DNA from: Malacoraja senta
Taxonomy: Eukaryota
Assembly (NCBI GenBank): GCA_038087875.1
Contig: CM075977.1
Coordinates: 111,228,001-111,292,000, forward strand
Length of the DNA: 64,000 nt
Direction of reading: 5' to 3'
Of the stretch, positions 1-12,280 are shown in pieces. Position 1 is the stretch's first letter; each line of letters begins with the position of its first letter. The position numbers and the translations under genes are program-made. The notes beneath the pieces were generated by a model, which was not told the origin of the DNA, searched no databases, and was given only the letters and a program-made list of their open reading frames with translations.

Positions 1-181
1 TGTGATTTCTCATTTTCTCAGGTGGAAATAAAGTGTGCGGTATGTTTAAAAAGCGGGATTTTTTCCGATTTACATATTCTCTGAAATTCATGTTGAGGTC
101 GCAGTCGGGACTTTTTTACCGACTCCAACAGCACGAAAATTGCTCTGACTCCCACTCGATGATTCCGACTCCACAGCCCTG
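1..181. mobile_element. Terminal part of a probable hAT-type non-autonomous DNA transposon (cut by window edge)
   Basis: Ends in GACTCC-rich subterminal repeats and ...CCGACTCCACAGCCCTG, the reverse complement of a CAGGGCTGTGGAGTCGG hAT-like terminus. The other end is not visible. Confidence 0.45.
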
Positions 182-650
182 CATGTACCTGTCTAAATGT
201 TTCTTAAACATTGAGATAGTACCTGCCTCAACTACCTCCTCTGGCGGCTCGTTCTATAAACATACTGCCCTTTGTATTTAAAAAAAAAAGTTATCTCTCG
301 GGTAACCTATTAAATCTTTTCCCCCCTCACCCTAAACCTATGTCCTCTGGTTCTCGATTCTCTTACTGTGGGCAAGAGACTGTGTGTTTACACAACCAAT
401 TCCTCTCATTATTTAGTATATCTGTATAAGATCATCCCTCATCCTCCTGCACTCCAAGGAATAGAATCCTAGCCTGTTCAACCTCCCTATAGCTCAGACC
501 CAATCTTGGCAACACCCTCGTAATTTTTCTCTGCACCCTTTCCGGCTTGACAACATCTTTCCTTTAACATGGTGCCTCGAACTGAACACAATAATCTAAA
601 TGTGTCCTCACCAACGTCTTTTACAACTGCAACATGACCTCTCAACTATA
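182..650 (-). mobile_element. CR1-type LINE 3' fragment
   Basis: Reverse complement of the CR1 ORF2 C-terminus/3' UTR seen in other copies in this window (GAGGAGGTAGTTGAGGCAGGTAC, GAGAACCAGAGGACATAGG). Confidence 0.75.
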
Positions 651-999
651 CTCTGATAATGAAGTAGATTGGACCTATATACATTAAGGCTTGTAAAGCA
701 TATTTGTATGCAGTATGGTTGGTATCCCATCCATCACTGGAAGCACATGGCTGCATTATTTATTGACTACATGGTTGATAAATCTTGGCACACCTTACGG
801 CAGCAACTTGCTCATCCGCTAGCCCAAAAGAACAGTGGAATATGTATTGCAGGAAGTTCCCGGAGAAGGGACTGGAAATATTTTGTAGAAGGGAAGACAG
901 ACTTTGGTTCCGCAGTAGACTGGAGAAGCTGGGATTAAATTTGGCGGACAGAATTTTGTGAGATGATTTGATGACCGCAAATCATTCAAGCTTAAAATT

Positions 1000-1262
1000 G
1001 GGAAAAAAAAGAAACTGCAGATACTGCTGGAAGGATTCAGATCTAGGCAATAACACAAGCAAAGAGCCAGCGGGACAAATAGAATATCTTGTAGCAGGCA
1101 TAAAGAATTCCTGTAGAAACAGAGAACTGAAGAAGGGTTTCGGCCCGAAACGTTGCCTATTTCCTTCGCTCCATAGATGCTGCTGCACCCGCTGAGTTTC
1201 GCCAGCATTTTTGTGTACCTTCGATTTTCCAGCATCTGCAGTTCCATCTTAAACACTGCAGA
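1000..1262. mobile_element. Penelope-terminus-derived short repeat, partly fold-back, with hammerhead-like core
   Basis: CTGAAGAAGGGTTTCGGCCCGAAACGTTGCC at 1127-1157. The same tail follows the Penelope GIY-YIG ORF at 11305-11403. Confidence 0.7.
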
Positions 1263-1274
1263 TGCTGGTTTGTA

Positions 1275-1904
1275 CTATGTATATTGAGTTGAGTATGGGA
1301 GCAAAGAGGTCCTTCTGCAGTTGTACAGAGCCCTAGTGAGACAACACCTGGAGTATTGTGTGCAGTTTTGTTCCCCTAATTTGATGAAGGACATTATTGC
1401 TATTGAGGGAGTGCAGCCTAGGTTCACAAGGTTAATTCCCGGGATGGCGGGAGTGTCATATGCTGAGAGAATGGAGCGGCTGGGCTTGTATACTCTGGTT
1501 TTTAGAAGGATGAGAGGGCATCTTATTGAAACATATAAGATTATTAAGGGTTTGGACATGCTAGAGGCAGGAAACATGTTCCCAATGTTGGGGCAGTCTA
1601 GAACCAGGGGCCACTGTTTAAGAATAAGGGGTAAGCCATTTAGAACAGAGTTGAGGAAACACGTTTTCACACAGAGTGGTGAGTCTGTGGAATTCTCTGC
1701 CTCAGAGGGCGGTGGAGGCCGGTTCTCTGGATACTTTCAAGGGAGAGCTAGATAGGGCTCTTAAAGATAGCGGAGTCAGGGGATATGGGAGAAGGCAGGA
1801 ACGGGGTACTGATTGGGGATGATCAGCCATGATCACATTGAATGGCGGTGCTGGCTCGAAGGGCCGAATGGCTTACTCCTGCACCTATTGTCATTTGTCT
1901 ATTG
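1275..1904 (+). mobile_element. CR1 (HER1-like) LINE, 5'-truncated
   Basis: ORF 1321-1755 YRALVRQHLEYCVQF...RMRGHLIETYKIIKG; 3' UTR GGCTCGAAGGGCCGAATGG; short tail repeats. Confidence 0.9.
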
Positions 1905-3049
1905 AAAGAGAGGCACAATGTGCTGGAGTAACTCAGCAGGTCAGGCAGCATCTATGGAGGAAATAGGTGATGTTTCAGGTCGGGACCCTTCTTAAGCCTG
2001 AGTCTGAAATGAGTGATTCTTGAGTCTGAAGAAGGGTTCTGAACTGAAACTTTTCCTCCAGAGATACTGTCTTCCTTAGGAAAAATCTATAATTTGGTTT
2101 ATAGAACGTAGAACAGTGCAGCACAGGGACAGAGCTTTGGGCACACAATGTCTGTGCCAAACATGAGAAGATAAACTTATCTCCTCTGTCTGCATATGAT
2201 CCATATCCCTCAATGTCCTACAGATCCAAGTGACTATCCAAAAAATGCCACTATCATATCTGTTTCCACCACCACCTCTGGTTGAGCGTTCCAGGCACTC
2301 GCCAATCTCTGAAAATTTTCTTGCACCGCACATCTCCTTTAATTTTTTTACCACAATTAGGCTGAAGAATGGTCCAAACCCAAAACATCACCCATCCATG
2401 TTCTCCAGAGATGCCGCGTGTCCTGCTGAGCTACTCCTCCATATCCTTTCTGTAATGGGGCAAGTGGGATTGCACACAAATTCAGGATAACAATTTGGTC
2501 ATTCAAGACCAAATTAAGAAATTTCATTGTGGAGGGGGGAGGGAAAGTTGTTCACTGAGGAGTCTGAATATTCAGATATTAAGTTTAAGATTCGGATTGG
2601 CAGGTCTCTGAATACTAAAGTTATGGAGATGGGGCAGGATGGTGAGTTGAGATAACAGATTAGTCAGATAAACAGATTAGGCTCAAGGGCAGTATGTTCT
2701 TTTCCTGCTCATTTTCTTATTGTGACATGTGGACTGCAACACCTAATATAAGATGAACAATTGAGGGAGTTATTATTATTTAACAACATGAAGTGACCTT
2801 TTAATTAAAAGATATCATTAATTTGCAAACGGTGCAGAAGAGATTCACCCGGATGTTAACCAGACTTGCTTATAGGTTATAGGGGGGGGGGGGGGGGGGG
2901 GGTGCCAGGCCAAAGAATGGTCCTGACCAGAAACGTCAACCCATCCTCTTTCTCCAGAGATGCTGCCTGTCCAGCTGAGTTAACAATCCTGCACTTTGTC
3001 TCTATCTTCGGTATAAACCAGTATCTGCAGTTCCTTTCTACACACTGCT

Positions 3050-3470
3050 AATAGAGAGAGGATAAATAGGCTGAGATTATTTTCTTTGGAGCGTGGGATC
3101 CAGAGGACTGACCTTATTGAGGTGTACAAGATCATGGGGGGGTATGGATAACGTTAACGCTCTCAGTCCTTTTTCCATGGCAGAGCGTTCTAAAATTAGA
3201 GGGCAGAGGTGTGGGGGGAGAGCGTAAGCGGGAACTCGGGGGCAACTTTTTCACTCAGGGTAGTCCGTATCTGGAACGAGCTGCCAGAGGAACTAGAAGC
3301 TATAATTCCAAGTTAAAAGACATTTGTACAGATATAAGGACAAGAAGAGTTGAGAGGGCTACGGACTAAATGCAGGCAAATGGGACCAGCCCGGTGTGCC
3401 AACTTGATCAGCAGGAACAAGGTGGGCCGAAGGGTCGGTTTCCATGCTGTACAGCTCTATGACTGGTGGA
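3050..3470 (+). mobile_element. Decayed CR1 3' fragment
   Basis: GACCTTATTGAGGTGTACAAGATCATG...GGAACGAGCTGCCAGAGG...GGGCCGAAGGGTCGGTTTCC. Confidence 0.7.
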
Positions 3471-3914
3471 CAGACGCTAATTGCTAACTGGCCTGACTCT
3501 GGCAAAGGCAGGAACATCTGAAATCAATCTCTTCCAGCAGAGGAACGGAAATAATTACATGGTAGCTTCAAAACACATACAGAATTTCGAGTCTCTATTC
3601 GTAAGTTCATCTGTCCCTTTTGTAGCCAAAATGTCGGCGCTTATTGCGTACGGACTGAGGCGGCTGTTGTGTACATTCTCTACCAACCGGGGGATAGTGC
3701 TTCTGTACGGGGATAATCTTACTGAGCTGTATGCAGAAACTGTATTTCACTGTACCTTATACACATGATAATAAAGAAACCATTGAACCTCATGTTGTCC
3801 CTCTGATTTTCCTCCCACTCTCACTTCATTTCTCCGTGCAATATTCCTTTGCTAATCCATCCCTCCATCCCCACCTCTTTCTTACCCCATTATCAGGCTC
3901 AATTTACCACCTAC

Positions 3915-4062
3915 CATTGTGCACTCTTGATACTTCAACAGCTATGTGATGTTCTCTTGCTGTTTCTACATCTGGAGCCGTGTTCTCGTACAGCCTCTGT
4001 TCCAGGATCACTTCCAGCTGCTGCGCAATCTCAGCAAAGGATGGCCTTTGGTAGGTATCCAG
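3915..4062 (-). CDS. TESK1: TESK1-like kinase exon (end of kinase domain and start of C-terminal region)
   Basis: Acceptor GTTCAG. Encodes LDTYQRPSFAEIAQQLEVILEQRLYENTAPDVETAREHHIAVEVSRVHN, in phase with the 8309-8395 exon. Donor GTAGGT is inferred; an alternative GTAAAT lies 7 nt further on. Confidence 0.8.
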
Positions 4063-4199
4063 CTGAACGTGCAAAGAATGGAAACGCAACATTAATTCAG
4101 ACCACTCGTTAAAGGGATCACATTGCTCCATTTCTAATGAGTTTAGTGTTGCAAGTTGATCTGTCGGTCCTTGACTGCCCATACCATTTTTGGTTGTTC

Positions 4200-4501
4200 A
4201 GTTTAGAGATACAGCGCGGAAACAGGCCCTTTGGCCCATTGAGTCTGCGCCGACCAGCGATCCCCACACACTAACAACATCCTACACACACCAGGGACAA
4301 TTTACAATTTTACCAAGTCAATTTGCCCACAAACCCTGTACATCTTTGGAATGTGGGAGGAAACCGGATCTCCCGGAGGAAACCTACACAGGTCACGGGG
4401 AGAACGTACAAAGTCCGTGCAGACAGCACCTGTACTCACGACCGAACCCGGGTCTCTGGCGCTATAAGACAGCAACTCTGCCGTTGTGCCATGGTGCCAC
4501 C
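4200..4501 (-). mobile_element. HE1-like tRNA-derived V-SINE
   Basis: Degenerate A/B boxes on the minus strand, V-domain GTACGTTCTCCCCGTGACC, and CR1-shared tail GGGCC...CCTGTTTCCGCGCTGTATCTCTAAAC. Confidence 0.85.
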
Positions 4502-4510
4502 CTTTTTTGA

Positions 4511-4807
4511 TTGAAAGACACAACATGGAAACAGGCCATTTGGGTGACCGAGTCCGCGCCGACCATCGATCAGTCGTTCACACTAGTTCTATGTTATCCC
4601 ACTTTTTGCATCCACTCCCTGTACACCAAGGACAATTTACCGTGACCAATTATCCTACAAACCCACATCTCAGATGCGGGAAGAAACCAAAGCAAACCCA
4701 CACGGTCACAGGGAGAACGTGCAAAGTCCACACAAACAGCAGCCGAGGTCAGGACCGAATCTGGACCTCGAGCCCTTTGTGGCAGCGGCTCCACCAGCTG
4801 CATCACT
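4511..4807 (-). mobile_element. HE1-like V-SINE (second subfamily)
   Basis: Same head/V-domain/tail organisation, more diverged. Confidence 0.75.
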
Positions 4808-5193
4808 TTGTTACCCATATATATGTATAACTTATAAGCACTTAATACATAGCATGGTCAAACACCACAAATACATTTGGCTGAGGGGATACCACCATGT
4901 TAACACTGCCAATTGAGGGAAACGCTCACTCTGGGGAAGTTCCTGCCAGTGACCGTTTCAGGTTTTCCATCTTATGAATTGCCTATTCTCAGGATGCATC
5001 AGGTTGGACCTGCAATGTTATCTCCGTTTGCCAGCGAAGTGACATAAATCACTGTTTACTTGCAACCTCACACTGGGTAATGATTCCTTCGCAATTGCCC
5101 ATCCGGGAGCAATATATCAATGTTCTCACTATGCTCCCGATGAATAGCCAGCTGAACTGATTCCTGCCTGGACAATACATGCAGACCATCTAG

Positions 5194-5725
5194 GGCGGCA
5201 CAGTAGTGCAGCGGTAGAGTTATAGTCATAGAGTGATACAGCGTGGAAACGCCCTTCGGCCCACACCGACCAACAATGTCCCATCTACACTAATCCCACC
5301 TGCCCATGTTTGGCCTGTATCCCTCTAAACCTATCCTATCCATGTACCTGTCTAAACATTCCTTCAATGTTGCGATAGTACCTGCCTCAACTACCTCCGG
5401 CAGCTTGTTCCATACACCCACCACCCTATTTGCTGCCTCACAATGCCAGAGACCCAGGTTTGACCTTACTACGGGTGCTGTCTGTGTGGAGTTTGTACGT
5501 TCACCCTGTGACCGCGAGGGTTTTCTCTGGGTGGTTCAGTTTCCTCCCACACTCCAAAGGCGTACAAGTTTGTAGGTTAATTGCCTTCTGTAAATTTTAA
5601 ACTGTCCCTAGTATGTAGAATAGTTCAAGTGTACGGGGGTGACCGCTGGTCGGCGCAGACTTGGTGGGCCGAAGGGCCTGTTTCTGTGCTGTAGCTCGAA
5701 ACTCTAAACTAATCTAAACTAAATC
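5194..5725 (+). mobile_element. V-SINE whose head is split by an inserted minus-strand CR1 tail fragment
   Basis: GGCGGCACAGTAGTGCAGCGGTAGAGTT at 5194-5221 resumes as TGCTGCCTCACAATGCCAGAGACCC at about 5430 and ends in (AAACT)n. Confidence 0.7.
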
Positions 5726-6090
5726 ACTTGCGAAACCGGGCACCGTAGATTAATTCAGCAAAACACAAAGAACTCAGCGAGCCAGCCGGCATCCGGGGGA
5801 GGGAACGGACAGACGGTCTGCCCATCAGTCTGCAGAAGGGTCCCGACCCCAATCGTCATCTGCCCATTCTCTCCACAGATGCTCCACTGAGTTCCTCCAG
5901 CACTCTGTTTGTTGCTGAAGATTCCAGCATGTGCAGTCTCTTGTATCTACAGTAGACTTCACCAGGGGAACAAATGATTCAACCACTCAACCAAATTCTT
6001 GTCCCAACAAGAATCCTGGCCCAAGTTTCATTTATTAAAGAAAAAGACCAGCATCTAGTGGTCCCAGGGTTGGTTCAGAAATTTATTGGC

Positions 6091-6684
6091 TACTAGACAA
6101 AGTGGGACCCGTTGGGACCCTTTCACACATATAGGAGGCCTGGGGGGAGAGAGGGGGGGGGGGTAGAGACAGGGAGGAGAGAGGGGGGGAGTGGAGGGAG
6201 AGAAGGGGAGGAAAGGGGGGAGGGGTAGTGGGGAGAGAATGGGGAAGAGAGGGGGGAGGAGAGTGGGGGAGGGGGAATGGGGAGAGGGGGGGGGGGCTGG
6301 GTAGGGGGGGTGAGAGAGGGGGGGAGAGAGGGGTAGGGGGCAGAGAGGGCGGACTTGAACTCGGTGACGGCGAGCGGGCTGGGTGGACGGCGAGCGGGCT
6401 GGGCGGGCGACCAAAGGACTGCGAGTCGGGGGGCTGACGTTACTCGCAGCGCGTGAAACACAACGCAGGCCACGCGCAGCAGACCCATTGTGACGTCATC
6501 AGAGAGACCATCTCGTTTAGATTCAAGTCATTTCAGATTTTTGAAAATTTTCATTAATAACTCGAGAAATAATGCATGAATCTTTCAGATAAGATGATTC
6601 AGATTAGAGTCCACGGGATAAATCGCTACCGGAAAATGTAAAATTAGCGTGTCGTTTTTTCGAGAAAAAACACACACACACACA

Positions 6685-6715
<31 letters not shown>

Positions 6716-6716
6716 G
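6091..6716. mobile_element. Non-autonomous element, possibly Helentron/Helitron-associated
   Basis: Begins TACTAGACAAAGTGGGACCCGTTGGGACCC, has an internal G-rich polypurine tract (6140-6350) and a CpG-rich segment, and ends in (CA)n/(CACG)n. Family assignment is from memory only. Confidence 0.35.
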
Positions 6717-6769
6717 TAACCTGGAGGAAATGAACACACATGGAAATAGTGTAGGGGGTAGGAGATTGC

Positions 6770-7110
6770 ATAAAGTCTTTTACCCAGAATAGGGGAATTA
6801 ACTCAGAATAGGGGAATTAAGAACCATAAGTTTAAGGTGAGAGGGGAAAGATTTAATAGGAACCTGAGCAGCTACTTTTTTCACACACAGAGAGATGTGG
6901 GTGTATGGAGCAAGTTGCCAGTGGAGGTAGTTGGCAGGCACTATAACAACATTTAATAAACATTTGGACAGGTACTAACATTTGGACAGGTACATGGATA
7001 GGAAAGGTTTAGGGGGATATGGGTCAAGGGTCAGGTGGGACTAGCATCAATGGGGCATCTTGGTTGGCGTGGGTAAGTTAGGCCGTGGGGCCTGTTTCCG
7101 TGCTGTTTTA
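6770..7110 (+). mobile_element. CR1 3' fragment
   Basis: AAGGTGAGAGGGGAAAGATTTAATAGGAACCTGAG...GGGCCTGTTTCCGTGCTG. Confidence 0.7.
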
Positions 7111-7546
7111 CCCTGAGGCACGAGGTTGAATGGCGGAGCAGGGGACTAAATGACTAATGCTATATCTAAATGTTACACAGAAAAGGGTTTTTCTATTTGT
7201 TTCTGATATTATGGATGCGTTAGCAATGTTGGTTGATCCAGAGCTGAGGAGGCAGTGACAATTCAGTCATGTTTTTGGGACCGGGGATGTCATACTAGGT
7301 CAGGATGATACAGTTCCTCTTTGAAAGACATTAGTGAAGCAGAGCTATATTTACAACAATCTAATGGCTTCATGGTTAATCTTATGCCTTTTTTCTATAA
7401 TAGAATCATATATTCCACTTAATTACTCAGATTTTAAATTTTCCAGCTGTCATGATGGGATTTAAACTTGCATCTTAGGACCAGTGATCCAAAGCTCTCG
7501 CTGTCAATTCAATAATATAAGAATTGCACTATTGTAGCATTATTTA

Positions 7547-7888
7547 AGGGCCTGTCCCACTTATACGATTTTTGTGGCGACTGCCAGCGACTGTCACAGT
7601 CGTAGCAGGTCGTCGAAAAAGCAGCGACTGGACCCCCCTGATGACAATGTCTACGACAAGCTACGACGACCTACCAACCAGTCGACGGCAAGCTACCGCC
7701 AACCGCCGATCCATTAGGACGATCACTACGAACATTTCAAAATCCAGCGGCGACCAGAAAAACGTTACGACTCATTAGGCGACTTGAGGAGACTACTCAC
7801 GACAATACAGGCGTCACCCCGCGACCATGTCGCGACAGCCTAGTCGCCTGTAGTCGCCGAAAAAAATCGCCTAAGTGGAACAGGCCTT
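7547..7888. mobile_element. PIF/Harbinger-type MITE
   Basis: TIRs AGGGCCTGTCCCACTT / AAGTGGAACAGGCCTT; TTA target duplication at 7544-7546 and 7889-7891; internal CGAC-rich repeats. Confidence 0.85.
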
Positions 7889-8021
7889 TTACTCTACGCC
7901 TCTGCCAGCCACCCACCATCCCATCAGAGTGCTTTAGACTGAGACTCTGATATATTTACAAATTATGCACTAAGCATGTTTAGGCTTTCTCTGACCGAAT
8001 TAAGAAACCTGGCCTATCGCA

Positions 8022-8188
8022 GCACGGTGGCGCAGCGGTAGAGGTGCTGCCTTACAGTGCCAGAGACCAGGGTTCGATCCTGACTACGGGTGCTCCGGTT
8101 TCCCCCCACATTCCAAGCACCCGTAGTCAGGATTGAACCCGGGTGTCTGGCGCTGTGCGGCAGCAACTCTCCCTCTGCACCACCGTGC
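8022..8188. repeat. Fold-back pair of SINE tRNA-like heads
   Basis: 8022-8093 is an imperfect reverse complement of 8117-8188, with a 23-nt spacer taken from the SINE V-domain. Confidence 0.85.
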
Positions 8189-8308
8189 CACCCTGAGACT
8201 TTCAGGGATGCAAGTCTCTCAATACACCCAAGGGCTCCACCATTCGTTTTAATTCTGCACACACATTTCAGTTCTTACAGGGACTTTGACAAGTTTTACG
8301 AGACTCAC

Positions 8309-8395
8309 ATCACAGCAGATGACAGCCAGGTCCAGGAATACAGGCGGACAGTCTCCCACCATTTTCTCGAAAGTCTTCACATCCAGCCCAAAGTT
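8309..8395 (-). CDS. TESK1: TESK1-like kinase exon (subdomains X-XI)
   Basis: 87 nt, phase 0/0, acceptor CTTGCAG, donor GTGAGT; encodes NFGLDVKTFEKMVGDCPPVFLDLAVICCD. Confidence 0.92.
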
Positions 8396-8940
8396 CTGCA
8401 AGAGGGTGGAGAACACTGACGTTAGCCTGTCAGTTGTCTGTTGTGCAAGTACAGTGTACATAGAAACATAGAAAATAGGTGCAGGAGTAGGCCATTCGGC
8501 CCTTCGAGCCACAACCGCCATTCAATATGATCATGGCTGATCATCCAAAATCAGTACTCCGTTCTGGCTTTTTACCCATATCTCTTGATTCCCTTAGCCC
8601 GAAGAGCTAAATCTAACTCTCTCTTGAAAACAGTGCAGGACTAGAGGGCCTGAGCTATAGGGAGAGGTTGGTCAGGCTAGGATTTTATTCCTTGGAGTGC
8701 AGGAGGATGAGGGGGGAATGTTGTAGAGATGTACAAAATAGGAGGTGAACAGATCGATAACGGCAGAGAATCTTTTACCCAGAGTAGGGGGATCGAGAAC
8801 CAGAGGCCATAGGTTTAAGGTGAGAGGGGAAAGATTTAATAGGAACCTGGTGGGCAGCTTTTTCACACAAAGGGTGGTGGGTATATGAAATGAGCTGCCA
8901 GAGGAGGTAGTTGAGGCCGGTACAATCACAACATTTAAGA

Positions 8941-9335
8941 GAAGTAAGCTGACCGGCTAAGGCTGGAAGCGCAGTGCCTGCACTGTAGGCCCTGCAGCAG
9001 CCTGTGGCTCGGCTGGACCAGGCGCCGCTCAAACAGGCCTTGCATCTGTACTGGACGCGGCCTGCAGCAGCACAGAGGACCAATTCTGCCAGGACAACAG
9101 GCCTTCATGGTCAGGTCAAGAACTCTACACCTATAACAGGTGGGACTTGAAAATGGCACTGATTCTGCTGACTATACTGTCTCAGTTTACCACTGCTACA
9201 CATTTGTATTGTATCTGAGATCCTCATGTGTCAAAGTGCTTATATATAGTGATACCTGTACTTAACTGTATACCAAAATTAATTTAACGATACCTTGGTA
9301 CATGTGACAATAAAGTGCAATTAAAAGTACCATTG
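8941..9335 (+). mobile_element. Short non-autonomous retroelement with Rex1-type tail, inserted in a CR1 fragment
   Basis: CR1 text ACAACATTTAAGA resumes as AAGAAACATGTAGACAGG after the insert. The insert ends GGTACATGTGACAATAAA. Confidence 0.6.
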
Positions 9336-9639
9336 AAGAAACATGTAGACAGGTACATGGACAGGACAGGTTTAGAGGATATGGGCCAAATACAGGCAGG
9401 TGGAACTAGTATAGATGGGGCATGTCAGTCAGTGTGGGCAAGTTGGGCTGAAGGGCCTGTTTCCCCACTGTATGTCCTCAATCACGTTTTAATGGGGGAG
9501 GGGGAGGGAATAAGAGGAAATGAATGGATGGAGGGAATGGGGAAATTTTAGCCTGGGCTAAGGTGCATCCAGTACTGAATTGAAACTTGCAGTTTCTCCT
9601 AACAAGAGGACACTGTCAGTCTAAGCTGGGATTGGTATT

Positions 9640-10087
9640 GGGTTATTGTTGTCACGTGTGCTGAGGTACAGTGAAAAGCATTTGTTGTGTGCTATCCAAT
9701 AACATTAGATGATACTACAAGAAAACACAGCCAAGCCATACACAAGTACAACAGGTAAAGCAAAGAGGAAAAATACCAGAGTGCAGAATATATATTTTCT
9801 CAGCTGTAAAAGTTCTTAGTGTAAAAGTTCCAGAGAAAAGTCCAATGTTTGCAAAGAGGTAGGTTGTAAAATCAGGGCAATACCCTAGCTTATGGGAGGA
9901 TCATTCAGTAGTCTGATAACAGAGCTGAAGAAACTATTCCTAGTCTGGTGGTGCGTGTTTTCACGCTTCTATATCTTCTGCAAGCTGGAAGTAGGGAGGA
10001 GAGGGAATGACTAGGGTGGAAAAGATCCTCGATTATGTTGGCTGATTTTCTGAGGCAGTGTGAAGTATAGATAGAGTCAATGGTGGG
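9640..10087 (-). mobile_element. Rex1/Babar-type LINE 3' fragment, interrupted by the ERV; continues at about 14935-15060
   Basis: Reverse strand matches the SIIKDxSHPxHSLFSLLPSGRRYRSVK motif region and 3' UTR of other Rex1 copies in the window. Confidence 0.7.
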
Positions 10088-10597
10088 TGTGAGGAAGGGG
10101 TTAATAGGTATAGTTGATTTATACTAAGAACCCTTTGTATAGTAGAAAGAAGATGTGTTCATCATCACGAACACCAGACACACGGATAGATAATAGCCGT
10201 GAGTACAAATGGTGACATTTCAAGGATGGGAAAAAAGGAGATAGCAACAGCCCAGCAAAGAACTAGGGTAAGGGTCATGAGCAACTCTCTGTGTGCATGG
10301 GCAATGAACTTACATGAATATGTACACACGCCCATCATGACAAGATGTCTCATTTAAATGCACATGCGATGTATGATCTGGGAGGTACCCTGGGCGTTAC
10401 GGGGCGTTACGGGTAGATTGTGCACCTCAGTGCTCTGATTGGAAGGAGCCCGAAGGGGAGGAATTAAAGGTGTAAACCATTGTATAATGGTGTGAATAAA
10501 AGAGAGTGAATTTCCTGGTCTCGGTGTGTCTTGATAGGGGAGACCCGACTCTGCAGACTTGCTAATCAATAAACTTGTTTCGCTAAATCCCTTGCAT
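10088..10597 (+). repeat. 5' LTR, missing the last ~45 nt
   Basis: Matches 14214-14716 with 8 substitutions and one 2-bp indel by my manual alignment. CCAAT-like CTGATTGG; AATAAA at about 10495 and 10568; no PBS follows. Confidence 0.93.
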
Positions 10598-11403
10598 CTC
10601 TTGCGGTTGCAAGGGAAAGTACCAGGGGAGGGGGTGGTATGGGAGGGAAGGGAAGAATTGACAAGGGAGTTACGGAGGGAGCGGTCTTTGCGGAAGGCAG
10701 ACATGGGGGGAGATGGGAAGATGTGGCGAGTGGTGGGGTCACGTTGGAGGGGGCGAAACTGACGGAGGATCACTTGTACTTTCCCTTGCAACCGCAAGAG
10801 ATGCAACACTTGTCCCTTCACCTCCCCCCTCGACTCCATTCAAGGACCCAAGCAGTCGTTCCAGATGCGACAGAGGTTCACCTGCATTTCCTCCAACCTC
10901 ATCTATTGCATCCGCTGCTCTAGATGCCAGCTGATCTACATCGGTGAGACCAAGCGGAGGCTTGGCGATCGTTTCGCCGAACACCTCCGGTCGGTCCGCA
11001 ATAACCAACTTGACCTCCCGGTGGCTCAGCACTTCAACTCCCCCTCCCATTCCGTATCTGACCTCTCTGTCCTGGGTCTCCTCCATGGCCACAGCGAGCA
11101 ACACCGTAAATTGGAGGAAATGCACCTCATATTCCGCTTGGGCAGTCTACATCCTGGGGGCTTGAACATTGAATTCTCCCAATTCTGCTAGCCCTTGCTG
11201 TCCCCTCCCCTTCATCAGCCCTCTGGTTGTCTCCTCCCCTCCCCCAGCCCTCAGGCTCCTCCTCCGCCTTTTTCCTTTTTTCCTTTCTTCTCCCCACCCC
11301 CTATCAGTCTGAAGAAGGGTTTCGGCCTGAAACATTGCCTATTTCCTTCGCTCCATAGATGCTGCTGCACCCGCTGAGTTTCTCCAGCATTTTTGTGTAC
11401 CTT
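10592..11403 (+). mobile_element. Penelope-like element 3' part with inverted 5' segment
   Basis: GIY-YIG ORF 10865-11191 (LIYCIRCSRCQLIYIGETKRRLGDRFAEH). 10592-10770 is upstream Penelope sequence in reverse orientation. Confidence 0.9.
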
Positions 11404-12280
11404 AGAAAGAATTAGCATGGATTTGTGATTGTGATGTTTGACTAATCTTTAATTTTTTGAAAAGGTTATTGGGGAAATTGATGAGGGTAAAGTGGTGGAT
11501 GTTGTCTAGATGAACTTCAGTAAGGCCTTTGACAAGGTTCAATAAGGAAAGAAGGTTGGTTAAGAAGGGTTAGTAAGGAATAGCAAGATGGATTAAAAAG
11601 TGGCTGTATGGGAGATGTCAGAGAGCAATGGTGGATGGATGTTTGTCAGGTTGGAGGTCAGTGACTAGAGGGGTACCTCGGGGATGTGTGTTGGGTCCAC
11701 TGTTGTTTGTCATGTGAATCAATAATCTGGATGTTGGTGTGGTAAAATAGATTAATAAGTATGTAGATGATAGTAAGATAGGTGGTGATGTGAATAATGA
11801 AGTAGATTTTAAAAGTGTACAGAGAGATTTAGATCATTTGGAAGAGTGGGTTGAAACATGACAGATGGGTTTAATGTTGATAAGTGTGAGATGATACATC
11901 TTGGCAGGACAAATCAAAATTGAACGTACATGGTAAATGATTGTGAATTGAGGAATGAAGTTGAACAGAGGGATCTAGGAATAACTGTGCATAGTTCCCT
12001 GAAGGTGGAATCTCATGTAGATAGGATGGTAAAGAAAGATTTTGGTGTGTTGGCCTTTATAAATCAGAGCATTGTGTATAGAAGTTGGGTTGTAATGTTA
12101 AATTGTACAAGGTATTGGTGAGGTCAATTGTGGAGTATGGTGTATAATTTTGGTATGCATAATTATAGGAAAAAGGTCAAGAAAATAGAGAGAGTACAGA
12201 GGAGATCAATTAGAATGTTGACTGGGTTTCAGCAACTAAGACACAGAGAAAGGTTGAACAAGTTAGGTCTTTATTATTTA
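11404..12280 (+). mobile_element. Decayed CR1 RT fragment inside the ERV
   Basis: Remnants of DVVYMDFSKAFDKV, GVPQGSVLG and YADDTKIGG with multiple in-frame stops. Confidence 0.85.

Noticed and set aside
1-3914. Search for the final long TESK1 exon
   Set aside because: The sequence is almost entirely repeats with no suitable ORF; the exon is presumably beyond the window start.
5104-5139. Small hairpin CGGGAGCA...TGCTCCCG
   Set aside because: An 8-bp stem is within chance expectation for 64 kb.
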